A stretch of DNA of 60,507 nt, counting the filler, from Hausera hauseri (taxonomy: Eukaryota): assembly GCA_046269625.1 (NCBI GenBank). It is 12 parts of 12 records of this genome, joined end to end, with 100 filler letters (N's around TTAATTAATTAA, not from the genome) between each part and the next. Parts side by side here need not be neighbours in the genome. Positions count along the whole stretch, not along the records: positions 43,711 to 51,232 come from JBJURY010009345.1; positions 51,333 to 55,442 come from JBJURY010754985.1; positions 55,543 to 60,507 come from JBJURY010375702.1; 9 more parts are not named here. One strand, written 5' to 3'. The notes below the pieces were generated by a model that did no database searches, was not told the origin of the DNA, and was given only the letters and a program-made list of their open reading frames with translations. Position 1 is the first letter of the stretch. Each line of letters opens with the position of its first letter. This document shows positions 44,677 to 56,897 of this stretch, one piece after another. Made by a program: the position numbers and the translations under genes.

Positions 44677-47600
44677 TAAAACTGTAGGTCTAACATTTCT
44701 CGGGACACATATACACGGACCAAACACGAAATAAAAACCTACGCACAAAAGCCAGGTGTGGCTTATGTAGTAGGCAACATCTTTTATGAAAAACATGTGT
44801 TAATTTATATTTCAAGATAACTTTTATAAAATAAAAAATAAAGTAAATATGTTTCTTTCCATTTCCATTTACATAACAGAACGATAACATACCAATAAAT
44901 ACCTGTTCACAAAGAAAACCAAGATATATATTATAATACAATTTCATAAAATAATTTTAAAATGTATCCTAAAATACAATTACATAAAGTAATGAACTAG
45001 TATAAATTAGAAATACATACATTATAATAAAATCAACACAGAAAAAAGGAAAATGGAAATAATACTAACATGCAATTGTTACATGTCATATTCAAATCCC
45101 GCGCCATTCCTTACCAATATTCAAATTTTGCGCCAAATCCTAATGGTCGCCCTCTTCCCTACAGCTGATCGGTATTTATATTTTGTAGAATCTGGTAATT
45201 GTAAGATTAATAAATGAAGCCACATGTAAATATTATTTTATATTTGTTATAAACATTATTCTGTATATTTCAATTGGTATTTCGAATTTGTAAACATTTA
45301 GATTAAATTCTGTAAGATTATATGTTGGTACAACTAGCCCAGCCTCGTGCAATTACATGGCAGTTTTAATTCTTTAGTTCAATCTGTAAAATGTATTAGT
45401 TAGGATCAATTTCTTTACTGAGCCAGGTATGTTTTAAATCGAATTATTGTAATCTTTTTATATATTTTTATATATACGTAGGAATATGTATAACATACTA
45501 GATATGTGCTTTTTTCTTATATTTGTAGCCAAACGCTGGTTCAGGTGTAACCTAGGAAATATTAAGGAGTTGTATAGAAACCAGTCTATGGATGTACCAG
45601 ACATTATCGACCCGATTATTAAAACCTCATCTACTATTATCATATATGGTATATATGATTCCACTGTTCGAAGCCAGGAATTACGACAATATTAGAATTA
45701 TGGAAATACCAACCAGTAAAGGTTTTTACGATGGTTATGTGGTGCAGTATGCAGGTATGAGTTACCAATTTAATAAAAGTGAATACATACTCCGAAAGTC
45801 TCCGTATAATTATATATTTCACCATGAACAGTTTTCTTATGTAAATTCAATACTATATGAACTCAATGGACTTTATTTAATGTTTAATTAAAACCTGGCC
45901 AGTTTTCTAATATCTTAACAAATGTTGGGCACTCTCTATTTCTTTATTTCATTTAAAGTTGTAATTAAAACATTTTGAACTCATGTACATTTATATTTTG
46001 GTTTCCTGGTCCCCATTTAACATCTCAGATCGGAGTAAAGGAGGCTGAACAGATAAAAAAAACTGATCCTCAGACTTAGCCTTCCCAACCAATTCCTCGA
46101 CTATTCTCCTCTTATCCTTCCCAAACTCCTTATTCCTTCCTTCCCTTAGCTTACCCACTCCAGCAGGGTAACACAATTCTCCTCATCTTGAGGGAATGCC
46201 CGCATGTAGGGGTAAAGCAGAAAGGAAAGCAGTAATACAGAAAGAAAAGAAGAAGCATGTAGGTAAAACCAGTACCTCGGCACACAATGAGCGAATCGGC
46301 ATGAGAATTAAAATTTAAAATAAATTATTATTAAACCAATCTATAATTACTGCACACCATTTATTGCTTCAGTTGCCCCGCGTGCAAATACAGTATTGTA
46401 GAGTTAAAATGAGAGTTACTAGATCTATAGTTACTAGATCGATTTTTTTTTTTTATAATTTGCAATTTGGAACCCCAATAAAAATTTGTGTCAACAACTA
46501 TAAATATTAAGTGTCTTTAAAATATTTATTCTAACTCTTTCTATGGTGGCTAGTTGTTTAATAAGTAAAATTTCTATATTTCTTGTACTTTCCTTTTGTG
46601 TTTAAACTAACTGCCCTTAATTAATTAGTTAATGAAGGATTGTAAACGCTTAACAGTTATATTGGGTTTATATTGCCCATAGTAATTTCGGAAACAATCT
46701 GCCTTCTTCAGTGGATTTTATCGTAAAGCTAAATATATATATATATATATTTATCATTTTAATAATTGTAGTACAACAACAATAGCTAACGTAACTACAT
46801 AATCTAATTGTAAAACCCAAAGATTTCTAATCACTAGGTACCAAGTGTTCATTAAGTTTGGAATGACGAGAAAAATTAAAAATTCAAAAAAAAATTATTA
46901 AAAGATAATGAAAGACTACTCAATAGATGAAAATAATCTATAAAGCAATCACAGATAACAATAAAGGAAAAGAGAAAATAGTATAAAACTCGAAATTTAT
47001 ATATATATATGCACGAAATCTACATAAAATATTTGTCATTTTAACTGCTGTCGAAAATTTATTGTAAATATTACTATTTTTAATAGTTAACGTAGTTGAA
47101 TAACAAGTTTCAAAGTCTGAAGGTACCACGTGTTAGAAAGACGAGAATAATACTAAAATACTAAATGAATATTGTTATTTATATCAATAAAATGAAAGAT
47201 CACTCACCAGAAAATTAAATTAATCCATAAAACAATCACAAATAAGACACACGATTTAAATAAAATAGGATAAAACGCGGACGAACACAGGCTCAACGTG
47301 ACTGCAAGTAGAATGTGAAGAAGACCAGTTTGGCAGGGCTACCAACTGTCCCCAAACCACCTGTTATACAGTGAATAATATTCCAAGGAGGTCATAGGTA
47401 GTAGCTACTTACGACTTCTTTGAAATATATATATATATCGTATCGTTTATTCTTACATCATGTTTCAATTTAAGAAATTAAAATAATACCATTGGCTATC
47501 AAAGTTATTTTTAAAATTTAATTGGGTATATATTATGGAATAGTTTTTTCACATCCCGGGGTTGTTTTTTTATTAAGTTTATTAAGTTTTTTATAATGAT

Positions 47601-48428
47601 TTTTTTTATTAAGTTATTTATTGAATTTATGAAATAAATAATCATGCATATCGCAGTCACTAAACTAATAAAATATATGGATTTTTTTTAATCAGACAAT
47701 AATAAATAAACTAGCAAACATCACTTTATAGTTAACACTTTAAGGAAATTCCATTTTTTGCTGGAGATTTAATTTCCTTGAAATAATTATATTATCCCAG
47801 AGTCAGAAATTATGCCAATCTATTATGTTCTCAACCCAACCTTCAATTCCCTTTGAATCTTCCTTCCATTGAGCCTATTATGCCTCTGTTTAGCAGAGTA
47901 ATCTATTATTGTCTATAACTACTGTATGGAATTTTTTTATTAAAAATCCTAATCGTTTTTAAAAAAATAAATATTGACAAAGAATGAATATCCTGTTACA
48001 GGATTAATGTTACAAAGATTTAGGAAGATTTAGCTAGATTAGTAAGTTCAAAGTGGTTACAAAGTTACACAATTTTGTTACAAATTAAAAATAAGTTTAA
48101 AAAATAGTAATAAAAGACCATTTTTAGTTTGAAGTTGAAAGACTGCGGATCCAATATCACTTAAACAGTCCAAGATTGTATATTTAACTCTAGATTGGCA
48201 CAACACAGAATACATGAACATATTAGCATATTTTCTGGAAATATCTAATGCTGTATGATAATAGGGCTAATAAATAACTTCCTAGAATGACAAATTATAT
48301 ATTTAAAAAAGAATAACTAGTTAGGCTGATATGATTGTTTAAAATATCCAAGAGAAGAAGTAAGTCAAATATGTAAAGTACTACTTTTTTCTGCATGATG
48401 CCTACATAATCACTGGGCTTTTGTACGT

Positions 48429-48498
48429 GGGCTTTCGTAGGAATCGAACCTCGTACCCTTTTTGTATGTCAGCTCGGAGCGTACTTAAATGAGCTACC
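48429..48498 (-). pseudogene. tRNA-derived SINE head or tRNA pseudogene
   Basis: Minus strand GGTAGCTCA...GAGGTTCGATTCCTACG: A-box and B-box at tRNA spacing, cloverleaf broken. Confidence 0.5.
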
Positions 48499-49401
48499 TG
48501 ATATACAAGATAATATCGTTTCAGTGAATCAAATTAAAAGAACAAATTAAAGAATTAAAATGATATTCTATGAATTGGTGCAGTTACTGTAGTAACACTT
48601 ATTAAATGTATCTTGAAAAACCAGGTTCACCTAGCGGTTTCTTGAAAACCTAGTTCACTAGAGATTACGTCTTATGATACGAGAATAGACTACAAGAAAA
48701 TGCATTCCAAATTCGGGATATATATAGCCAATACATAAAATGTTGTTTCAATTTGAATATTAACTTAAATTCTTTCAGTAGTATAAGAGGTTTACCTAAC
48801 TTGTAAAACTAAATTAATTCCATTTTTTAGGTTAGGACACCTCGTGGGGTTTTAAATGGTGCAGCAAAGATACTAACGGATGTTAATATTTAACAGTACC
48901 TTTAGACAGTACTCCAGAATTTGTAAATACATTGTATCCAAATAGGTTTTCCAGTAAATTCCATCACAATTACTAATTTATGAACACTTCCAAACACTAT
49001 GAGACGAAGGGAAAAGCGAGAACTATGGCTGTTCGATTAATCGAATGACTTCGATATAGTCGGTTCAGTAGCAGTGCTACTGAAGCACTCTCTATGCTGC
49101 GTTCTTGAAACTAATAAACTTGCTTCAAATAGGCGGAAATTTAGAAACAAAACATAGGAATAGATGAAAGATTAAAAAAGGGTTAATAATTTTTTAAAAA
49201 TGCAATATTTCTAATGCTATTAGTTTTCTTAACTGTAGACCAAGAGTTTATGAGTTTATAAAACATAAATATGCATTCTCTGTGAAGAGTATGCATATTT
49301 TCCCCCTTTATTATATCCTACATTATATATTATTGAATATTATATCCCAATATAATATTGCTAATATAGTTGTTTATATATATATATCTGTGTGTGTGTG
49401 T

Positions 49402-49719
49402 ATCACTTTCACAACTTTTTAACACTGAATAAATAAATAATTAATACCAGTTCTTAGTAATTTTAGATCTTAAAATAACAACCAGTTATGTAACTTTAAA
49501 GAACACGGCGTTTCGTGTTCACTGAACTGAACATCAGTTCACACAAATCAAATGCAATGTTTGTTATAGTGTGTTATTACCTGAAGAAGTCCTTCATATA
49601 GGACGAAACGCTGTGTTATTTAAAGTTACACAAATGGTTATGTTATCTTAAGATTTAGAAGTTATTAACTAGGAATAATTATTTATTTATTTAGTGTTAA
49701 TAAGTTGAGAAAATGGTAT
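49402..49719. mobile_element. Second Penelope-like inverted repeat pair (~115-bp arms) with degenerate hammerhead cores on both strands
   Basis: Arms 49402-49515 and 49604-49719; + strand CTGAAGA-A-GTCCT(tcatat)AGGAC-GAAA at 49581-49608; - strand CTGATG...GAAACGCCG at 49538-49506. Confidence 0.6.
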
Positions 49720-50420
49720 ATAATAGTCTAACCAAGATATATATATATATATATATATAATCAAACGTATTGTTAAATTCTACTCTCGTCTTAAACCCTC
49801 CGCTCTATAATTATTTTTAGAAACAATTATTTATTTATCTATTTTTCCTTTCTTTTTCTTCCACCAGCAGAGCAGAAAACAAAAATGGTATACTCACCAA
49901 GTGTGTCAAGCTTTTCGTTTTTATTCCTATTTTCTTCACTTCTTCTATTTCTTTTCTTCTTATTTTGTTAAACATATTTATTCATTTAAAAAACTAACGC
50001 CGCGGTTTGTTATAACATTACTATACGTTATTGAAAAGAAAATAAAGTCGCGGTAATGTATCACGTATAAAGTTTTTCGCATTGCAAACACGTTCATATT
50101 GTTACCATTTTTGTATCTGGATCTCATTATAAGTATTATATATATATATATATATTTATCTAATCATTACAAAGCTTCACATTACATATATATATTTTTT
50201 TTAAATAAAAATTTCAATACTGTAAGCTGTTTCAACAGGGGTTTTTGCTGGGTTTCCCTCTGTCACTGGCTCACTGTCTCAGGGCAAATGCAGAAACAGC
50301 CTTTTTCTCCTTTCAGCTTCATTGATTTGACTTATACAACATACTGATGTAATATATCATTGATGTGACTTATAATAATGTATTTTATGATTAGTCAAAT
50401 AAACATATTTATTTACTTGT

Positions 50421-50516
50421 GTTGTGGTAACCACTTACAATAACTAAATAACTTCAAAACACCTGTTTACCACAACATACTGTGATCAACAGGTTTTGAA
50501 ATTATTTAGTTATTGT
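50421..50516. repeat. Interlocked inverted repeats (small hairpin element)
   Basis: ACAATAACTAAATAA.TTCAAAAC..CTGTT / AACAGGTTTTGAA.TTATTTAGTTATTGT, plus GTTGTGGTAA (50421) / TTACCACAAC (50467). Confidence 0.75.
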
Positions 50517-51153
50517 CTGTGATAGGTATTACTTTCATAAAATATATTTTATTAAAAGGATATAGGTGTATATCATTGCTTTAACGGTATATAATATGGA
50601 AACGGTATATATATGGAAGTTTAACGGTATATATATGGAAAGAGCGAACTATACTTACATTCACCGTTATTGTTGTTGTTGGCGACGCGTCTCGGAGTGG
50701 TTTTTCTCCGTCGTCAGGTAAGTACTTATGAGTCTATTATTTCATATTATTAATACTATTATTATTATTGATTGGATTATTGATTATTATTATTATATTA
50801 TTATTATTAGGATTGTAGAAATTAGTGTGTGCATAATTATATTAAAGAAAATAAATGATATCATAGTGTCCTATAGAAATATACTTTAGAAATAATATTA
50901 CAGAAAAGTAATTATGTCATGGAATATTACAGAATTATATTGTATAAATTATATTACGGAAAATAGATTATATCATAAAATATAATAGAATTATATCATA
51001 TGTATTATACTATGGAAAATTATAGAAAGAGTAACAAAGATATATATATATTTATGTGTGTATATGTACTATAAGTGTGTATATGTGAATTATATTATAA
51101 AATTAAAAGTACCGTGTATTAAAGAATTGGGTTGGATTTGGATATTATTATTA

Positions 51154-51232
<79 letters not shown>

Positions 51233-53399
51233 NNNNNNNNNNNNNNNNNNNNNNNNNNNNNNNNNNNNNNNNNNNNTTAATTAATTAANNNNNNNNNNNN
51301 NNNNNNNNNNNNNNNNNNNNNNNNNNNNNNNNATGCTGTTTTTGCCTGTGCAATTCAACTTTTGATTTCCGTGTCACATCTATCATCCGATGATATGAAT
51401 GTTCCCGACCATTTGCATTTCTGCATGTATTTTATTTTTGTCGTTTTTATGTTTACATTGCACAGTAGTGGTTCTTTCTTCTCAGAAATAGTTGTCGTTG
51501 CTGCTTTTTTTTTTTAAGATGAGTCCATTCCTTTCACATTCAATTATTACCGCGTTTATCATTTTTTGTAAATCCCGGTGACAACCATGTGTTTTGATGA
51601 CTTAAATAATGACTCTCTACTCAAGCCGCAACCCATGATACTCCAGAGGGGACATAATGGTTGACTGGACTAGTGTCTGATATATTTAAACCACAAGTCT
51701 AATAAATTTCAACCACCCAACCACAATACATCAAAACACATTTCTGTGACTTTCAGAGAACATGGGACAAAACAGACCAGTTTGAAAGTCACTGAGTGTC
51801 CAAGTTATATGGTTTATTTAACTGAAATGTTACTTCATTAAGGTATAAATTAAAACCAATATAAAAATATAATTGAACATATAACTAATTAACAGTTTTT
51901 AACGAAACGAAGATAAAGGGAAGTAAAATTCATATTCACTCGCACTCGTAGATGTGTCAGGCAGATAAACAACAAAGTTATCCCGTAGAATCAAACCATC
52001 TTAACCATAAAGTCTAATGCACGGCTCGTGACGATAGTTAGAGATGTGTCAGCGATGGCTGGAATAAAATACATGACATCTCTTTCCCAGGTTCATGACA
52101 ATACATGACTGTTAACATTGTTCACACAATATGCCAAATTCATTCTTTCCCGCCTCCATTGTCAACCTGTTCTCAGAAGAAAATAGAAATTTTGCTTCTA
52201 GCCAAAGTAACGGTCAACAACAAAGAAGAATAATTTACAGTTTGTTGGATTGTTCCCTTCTGTCTCTCGTTCCTGATTAAAAATCGAATTAACACAACCA
52301 CATCTTGCTTGGGAGGTCTTTAACAGATGAACCTCGTTTTCTTCTCTATGAACAAAGGGCAGTTAATCGACTAACTTCAAGTATTCTTACTTCTTCAATT
52401 CTAGTCAGGGTCGGTTCCCTTCTCGTGCTTCTGGGGCCCCGGTGGTGCGGTAACCAGTTGGAGAACGCAGCCGGGTGGTTCCTCATCGACAGCGTCGTCC
52501 CCAACAATTCGTATAACTCATGACTATCTCTCTTATCACCTGTGCTTCGTTGGTGACCATGGGCCATGGCCAGTCCCAAACGACATCATGAAACGAACAA
52601 AAATTCCTTTACCAAATGAATTCTTTCGTAGCATGTCCTTAAAACGTGTGGCCCGTGTTGTCTTCCTCACGAAAGGTATATACTAGATGTACACCCCCTG
52701 GAATATTATCAATGTGTGCTTTGGAAGTGCAGCCTTTCGAAATTCTTCCGAAACGGATTAATAACTACAGTATACCCCCTGAAATACTGTCATGTGCTTT
52801 TGACGTACAGCTTTCCACAACTCTCCAGAAACGGATTATTGACTACTGTACGCGTGAGTTAATGCCTGTTGTCAGTAAAACCTGTATTAACCGTCACTTA
52901 CGGCATTTTTCGTGTGTGTGAAATAATCAAACATGGCAGATGTTCAGAGCTCACATGAGTTGGACAGTGCTGTCATCATTTTATTTCAGGGGCTTTTTGT
53001 TCTTTTTTTTTTTTTTTTCCCCTTCTTGGATTAGAGTTTATTAATGAAAGTACAAAACAGTTAACTTGTATTGTGAACAATAGTAGATTGACAAACTAAT
53101 TAGAGCAAATGGCGTTAGCAATAATGGCAATGTTACATAGAGGTTACAAAAATGAATTTACAAGTGATTAGAACAATTAATACTGGCAACAATTTTAGTT
53201 CTAAATTTAGTTATGTAATGGCAATGCCATTTTTTGTATAAATATGTATGGCAAAGATATTCAAAATAAGCTCAATAACAGCATTGTAAAGGTTAGCACA
53301 AGGCACGCGAGAGTTGGAGGCGGTCTTCGTTTCCTGTGGTGTTCAGCTTGTTCCTGGTGTGTGGCCCTTGGTGCCTTCACTTGGTTGTCGATGGTGCCT

Positions 53400-54620
53400 G
53401 TGTACTTTTATTCACGCAGTCGTGCCCTAAACAAAAGTGACGACAAATTAATAAAGACTTGGGGTCTATGTTAAAACTGAGGCTGACGTTGGCTTAGGGC
53501 TGGTTGGGTGCGGTTATGTGTGATGTGTGGTGGTGGGAAATCTCTATGAAGGTAGCAGGGGTGTAGTGTCCGTTGTGGTATACTGCTTTGTTTCGTAAGG
53601 TCCAAACTATGTGTCTGTAAGGACTGAGATTATGTATGTGTGCACCGGAGAGGTGGTGGCGGGGATGATGTTGGTCAGGATTGCTTTGTGCATGCGGATT
53701 TGGGTGTTGTGTCTGGCAAAGATTGTTTGCATGTACCGTAGGGTTGGACGAACAACGACACAAAAGAAAAAAAAAGTGCTCCTTAGTTTCAAGCGTCTTG
53801 GTTTGACAAGTCTTACAGTAGGCTGTGCTTCGTGCACCGAGTTGAGGTATGTATCGTACTGAGGTCATGTTATAAATTAACCGAAAGGTTCTTTCTCTTA
53901 CCTTGGTAGAGACAGGTGTGTTGTATAGGTTTGTAAAAATATGAGTGTGGCCTGTGATGAAATATTTAAAACCTTGTTTCATTCGAATCAGTGGTGTGGC
54001 TTGTTTCTGTATGAGTTGTGTGTAGATATTTTTGGATGGTAGATGTATGAGGTTATCTCTGTTATGTATGTAGTTCATACATTCCTGGTAGAACGGTGGC
54101 AGTGATCCGTCATAATGTGTTGAAAGGTTTGTGTGCTTGTGATGCTTGGAGATTCGGAGACCTAAGTTATAGTGGGCTAAGGGGTGTTTGTGTGGATTTT
54201 TAATGATTTCGGTGACGTATCTGATTCGAAGTGTTTCTATTTTCATCTGGATGTCCTGAAGGGCCATCTGGCCGTGAAGTGTGTTTTGAATTAGAGTTTT
54301 ATGTTGAATGCTGCTTTCTGTGTGATTGAAAATGAATTCTCGGATTCTGCAATTTATCCGGCGGAGTATTTCACTGGGTGGGGTAAAGATGCCGGCTTTA
54401 TATATTATTAGGGGAATTGCGTAGGTGTTTACCACCACACTCCTGCCGAAGATTGTTAATATCTCGTATTTGTATCTGTGCAGGAGGTTTTTTTTTTATT
54501 TTTACCACCTCGGGTGTCTATATTTTGTGTATATTTATTTTGTTGTTAGGGTAGAAGTCGATGCCATACACTTTCATTTCTTGTGCGGTTACAAAACTAT
54601 TGCGGCTTTGGAAGCCGGCC
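53400..54620 (-). mobile_element. 5'-truncated Tx1/L1-clade non-LTR retrotransposon (ORF2 C-terminal part)
   Basis: MKVYGIDF...LTIFGRSVVVNTYAIPLIIYKA, GQMALQDI, LPPFY, CKTCQTKTLETKEHFFF.C zinc finger, IVWTLRNKAVY; AATAAA at about 53410-53405. Confidence 0.85.
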
Positions 54621-56789
54621 AAAATTTAAGACCTTTAGGTTTGCTCTCAACACTGAAAGAATAGGAACAACTCATATAAATATATAAATAGAAACAATAA
54701 AAATAAAATTCTTGTTTGTTTAAGGCAAGTTTGTAAATAAATTAAGTTTAAAAAACAATGATTTGCAATGTAAAAGTCTCATTTTTGGTCAAGTAAGTTG
54801 ATGCAGTGAGAATGCATTACACACCAAAAATGAGACCTGTGATAGCAGAAAGTGCAACTTTGAAGCTTTAAATTACTCAAGCCACATGAAAAGAGGGAGT
54901 CAAGGTTAAATGAGAGGACTGATGAGAGACTGACTGACAGGTTGGCCTGACACTTGCAATTTATTCGCCTCCACAGGAACCACTGTATGACCTCAACACT
55001 GCATTATGTCATTATAAAACCGAGTGATAAACAGATTGGTGGACTCTGACACTAATGTAGATACTGGGCAGAGTGACTGAAACTGGGTGTTTTTTTTACT
55101 ATGCAAACATGAAACCAAAGCCCTTTTACCCCTCTCTTTCACCACCTTCCTGGTTTATTTTAGTAATATACACATAACCACCTGTAAAATATGATATGCT
55201 GTAAAAACAGCTTGATCTCACAAAATGAGACTAGTGAATTATTCTATCTGAATGAGACTAGTGGTATCTACATAGTCAATTGTGCTAAGATGTGATACCC
55301 TTTCTTACCATGCTGATGCCAAATGCCTTTAATGAATGTCATTAAAATATAAAAATATTGTCCAGTATTATATTATATTACTATCCAAATGGTCATCTAC
55401 CTATAAGACAATTCAGAGTCTCCAATAAACCTAGCTGCATGTNNNNNNNNNNNNNNNNNNNNNNNNNNNNNNNNNNNNNNNNNNNNTTAATTAATTAANN
55501 NNNNNNNNNNNNNNNNNNNNNNNNNNNNNNNNNNNNNNNNNNAAATTTTTCGTCTTTTCTCTGCTTGCTTCTCTGTTAACGTGCAGATTTCCGATTTCAT
55601 ATCACTGGTGTGATCGCCATTAAGAGAACTAGAAGATTCCATATCAATTTATATTTGAAATATATAATTGACATTATTCATACAAATTATCACATTTTCT
55701 AACTAGAAAAGTTATGATATGGGCAAATTTTGAAATAAAATTTGTAAAAGAACAGCATAAGTTGTTGTGATTCACTTGTTATAATATTCAATGGAATGTA
55801 TCTTTCACTATTTTGCAGAGGTTTATTATTCCGTTTTTGCGAAAAAATTGAAATAGAGATAGTTGTTTAATACAATTTGGATATAAAATTTAATAATACT
55901 AAAGAATTACATATTTAAATAGGAAAGTGGACTATTTTGTGTATGATAAAGGGTCAGTGATTATATTGAATAATTTTACTTAGCATTTGAATAATTATCC
56001 TCGACACTGCATTTCACAGTCGGTTAGTGAATATGAATTTCGAAATCAATGAATCTGTTAAGTTAGTATGATGTAAAGTCCATGGAACGAGCAAGATCAG
56101 AACGAAAAGCCCAAAGTGATTCAGATAAAATAAAATGGTCGAAAGAATTTGCTTGCCTAAGAGGCATTGTAACTGGTTTAAAGAGAAGTGGGACAAAACC
56201 ATTGCGAAAAATTATTCTTTCTGTCAAGAAATAAAAACTCATTACTTTTAGCTAAGTCACATCCATCTGCACAGATATGTCGATCCGATTAAAAATTTTC
56301 TCCTCGGAATCCATACATATTTCATCAGTTATTGTTCTCTTTTTGCACCACAACTTTAAGCTCCTGATTTTGAATTGTTGAGGCCGAATAATGATTTTTA
56401 TATGAACGAACCTGAACGAACCGATGATTTGAATATACGAACTTTTTATACGAACGAAACTATAATAATGATTTTTATGAACTGACCAACAATATTGATT
56501 TTTACGAATAACCAACATCTTGTGAATATTGTATTTATTGTTTCATAAAACTTCGTTCTCTTTATTGTTACTTGTTAAACCCCAGTGATGGGTACACCTT
56601 TATTATTCTCTGTTTCGTGTATACAATTGTTAGCCCAAATACGTTGTGGGGATAATTGGTTGACGTCATAGGATTGGAATAACATTAAACAAGAATTAAA
56701 TTAAATAACGTTGCATATTGGTGAGGCAATTATTAAATTCAAATATTAAAAAGCTGAATATTCCTAAAATGGAAAGTTACGCCATAGTA

Positions 56790-56897
56790 GCGAATTTTAT
56801 TATTAGAAAACGACGAAACAGTGTCGTATTAGCTAATTTTGTAAATTCCGAATGTAGTGAATTTTATTAATAGAAAGCGACGAAACAGTGTCGCATT
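56790..56897. repeat. Direct duplication of ~40 bp
   Basis: GAATTT(T)ATTA(T/A)TAGAAA(A/G)CGACGAAACAGTGTCG(T/C)ATT occurs twice, about 67 bp apart. Confidence 0.8.

Noticed and set aside
45486-45891. Fibronectin type III-like gene fragment (GFYDGYVVQY)
   Set aside because: Only one short motif; competing frames and splice sites prevent a supportable gene model.
51058-51288. Poly-leucine membrane protein ORF
   Set aside because: Translation of an (ATT)n microsatellite running into the linker.
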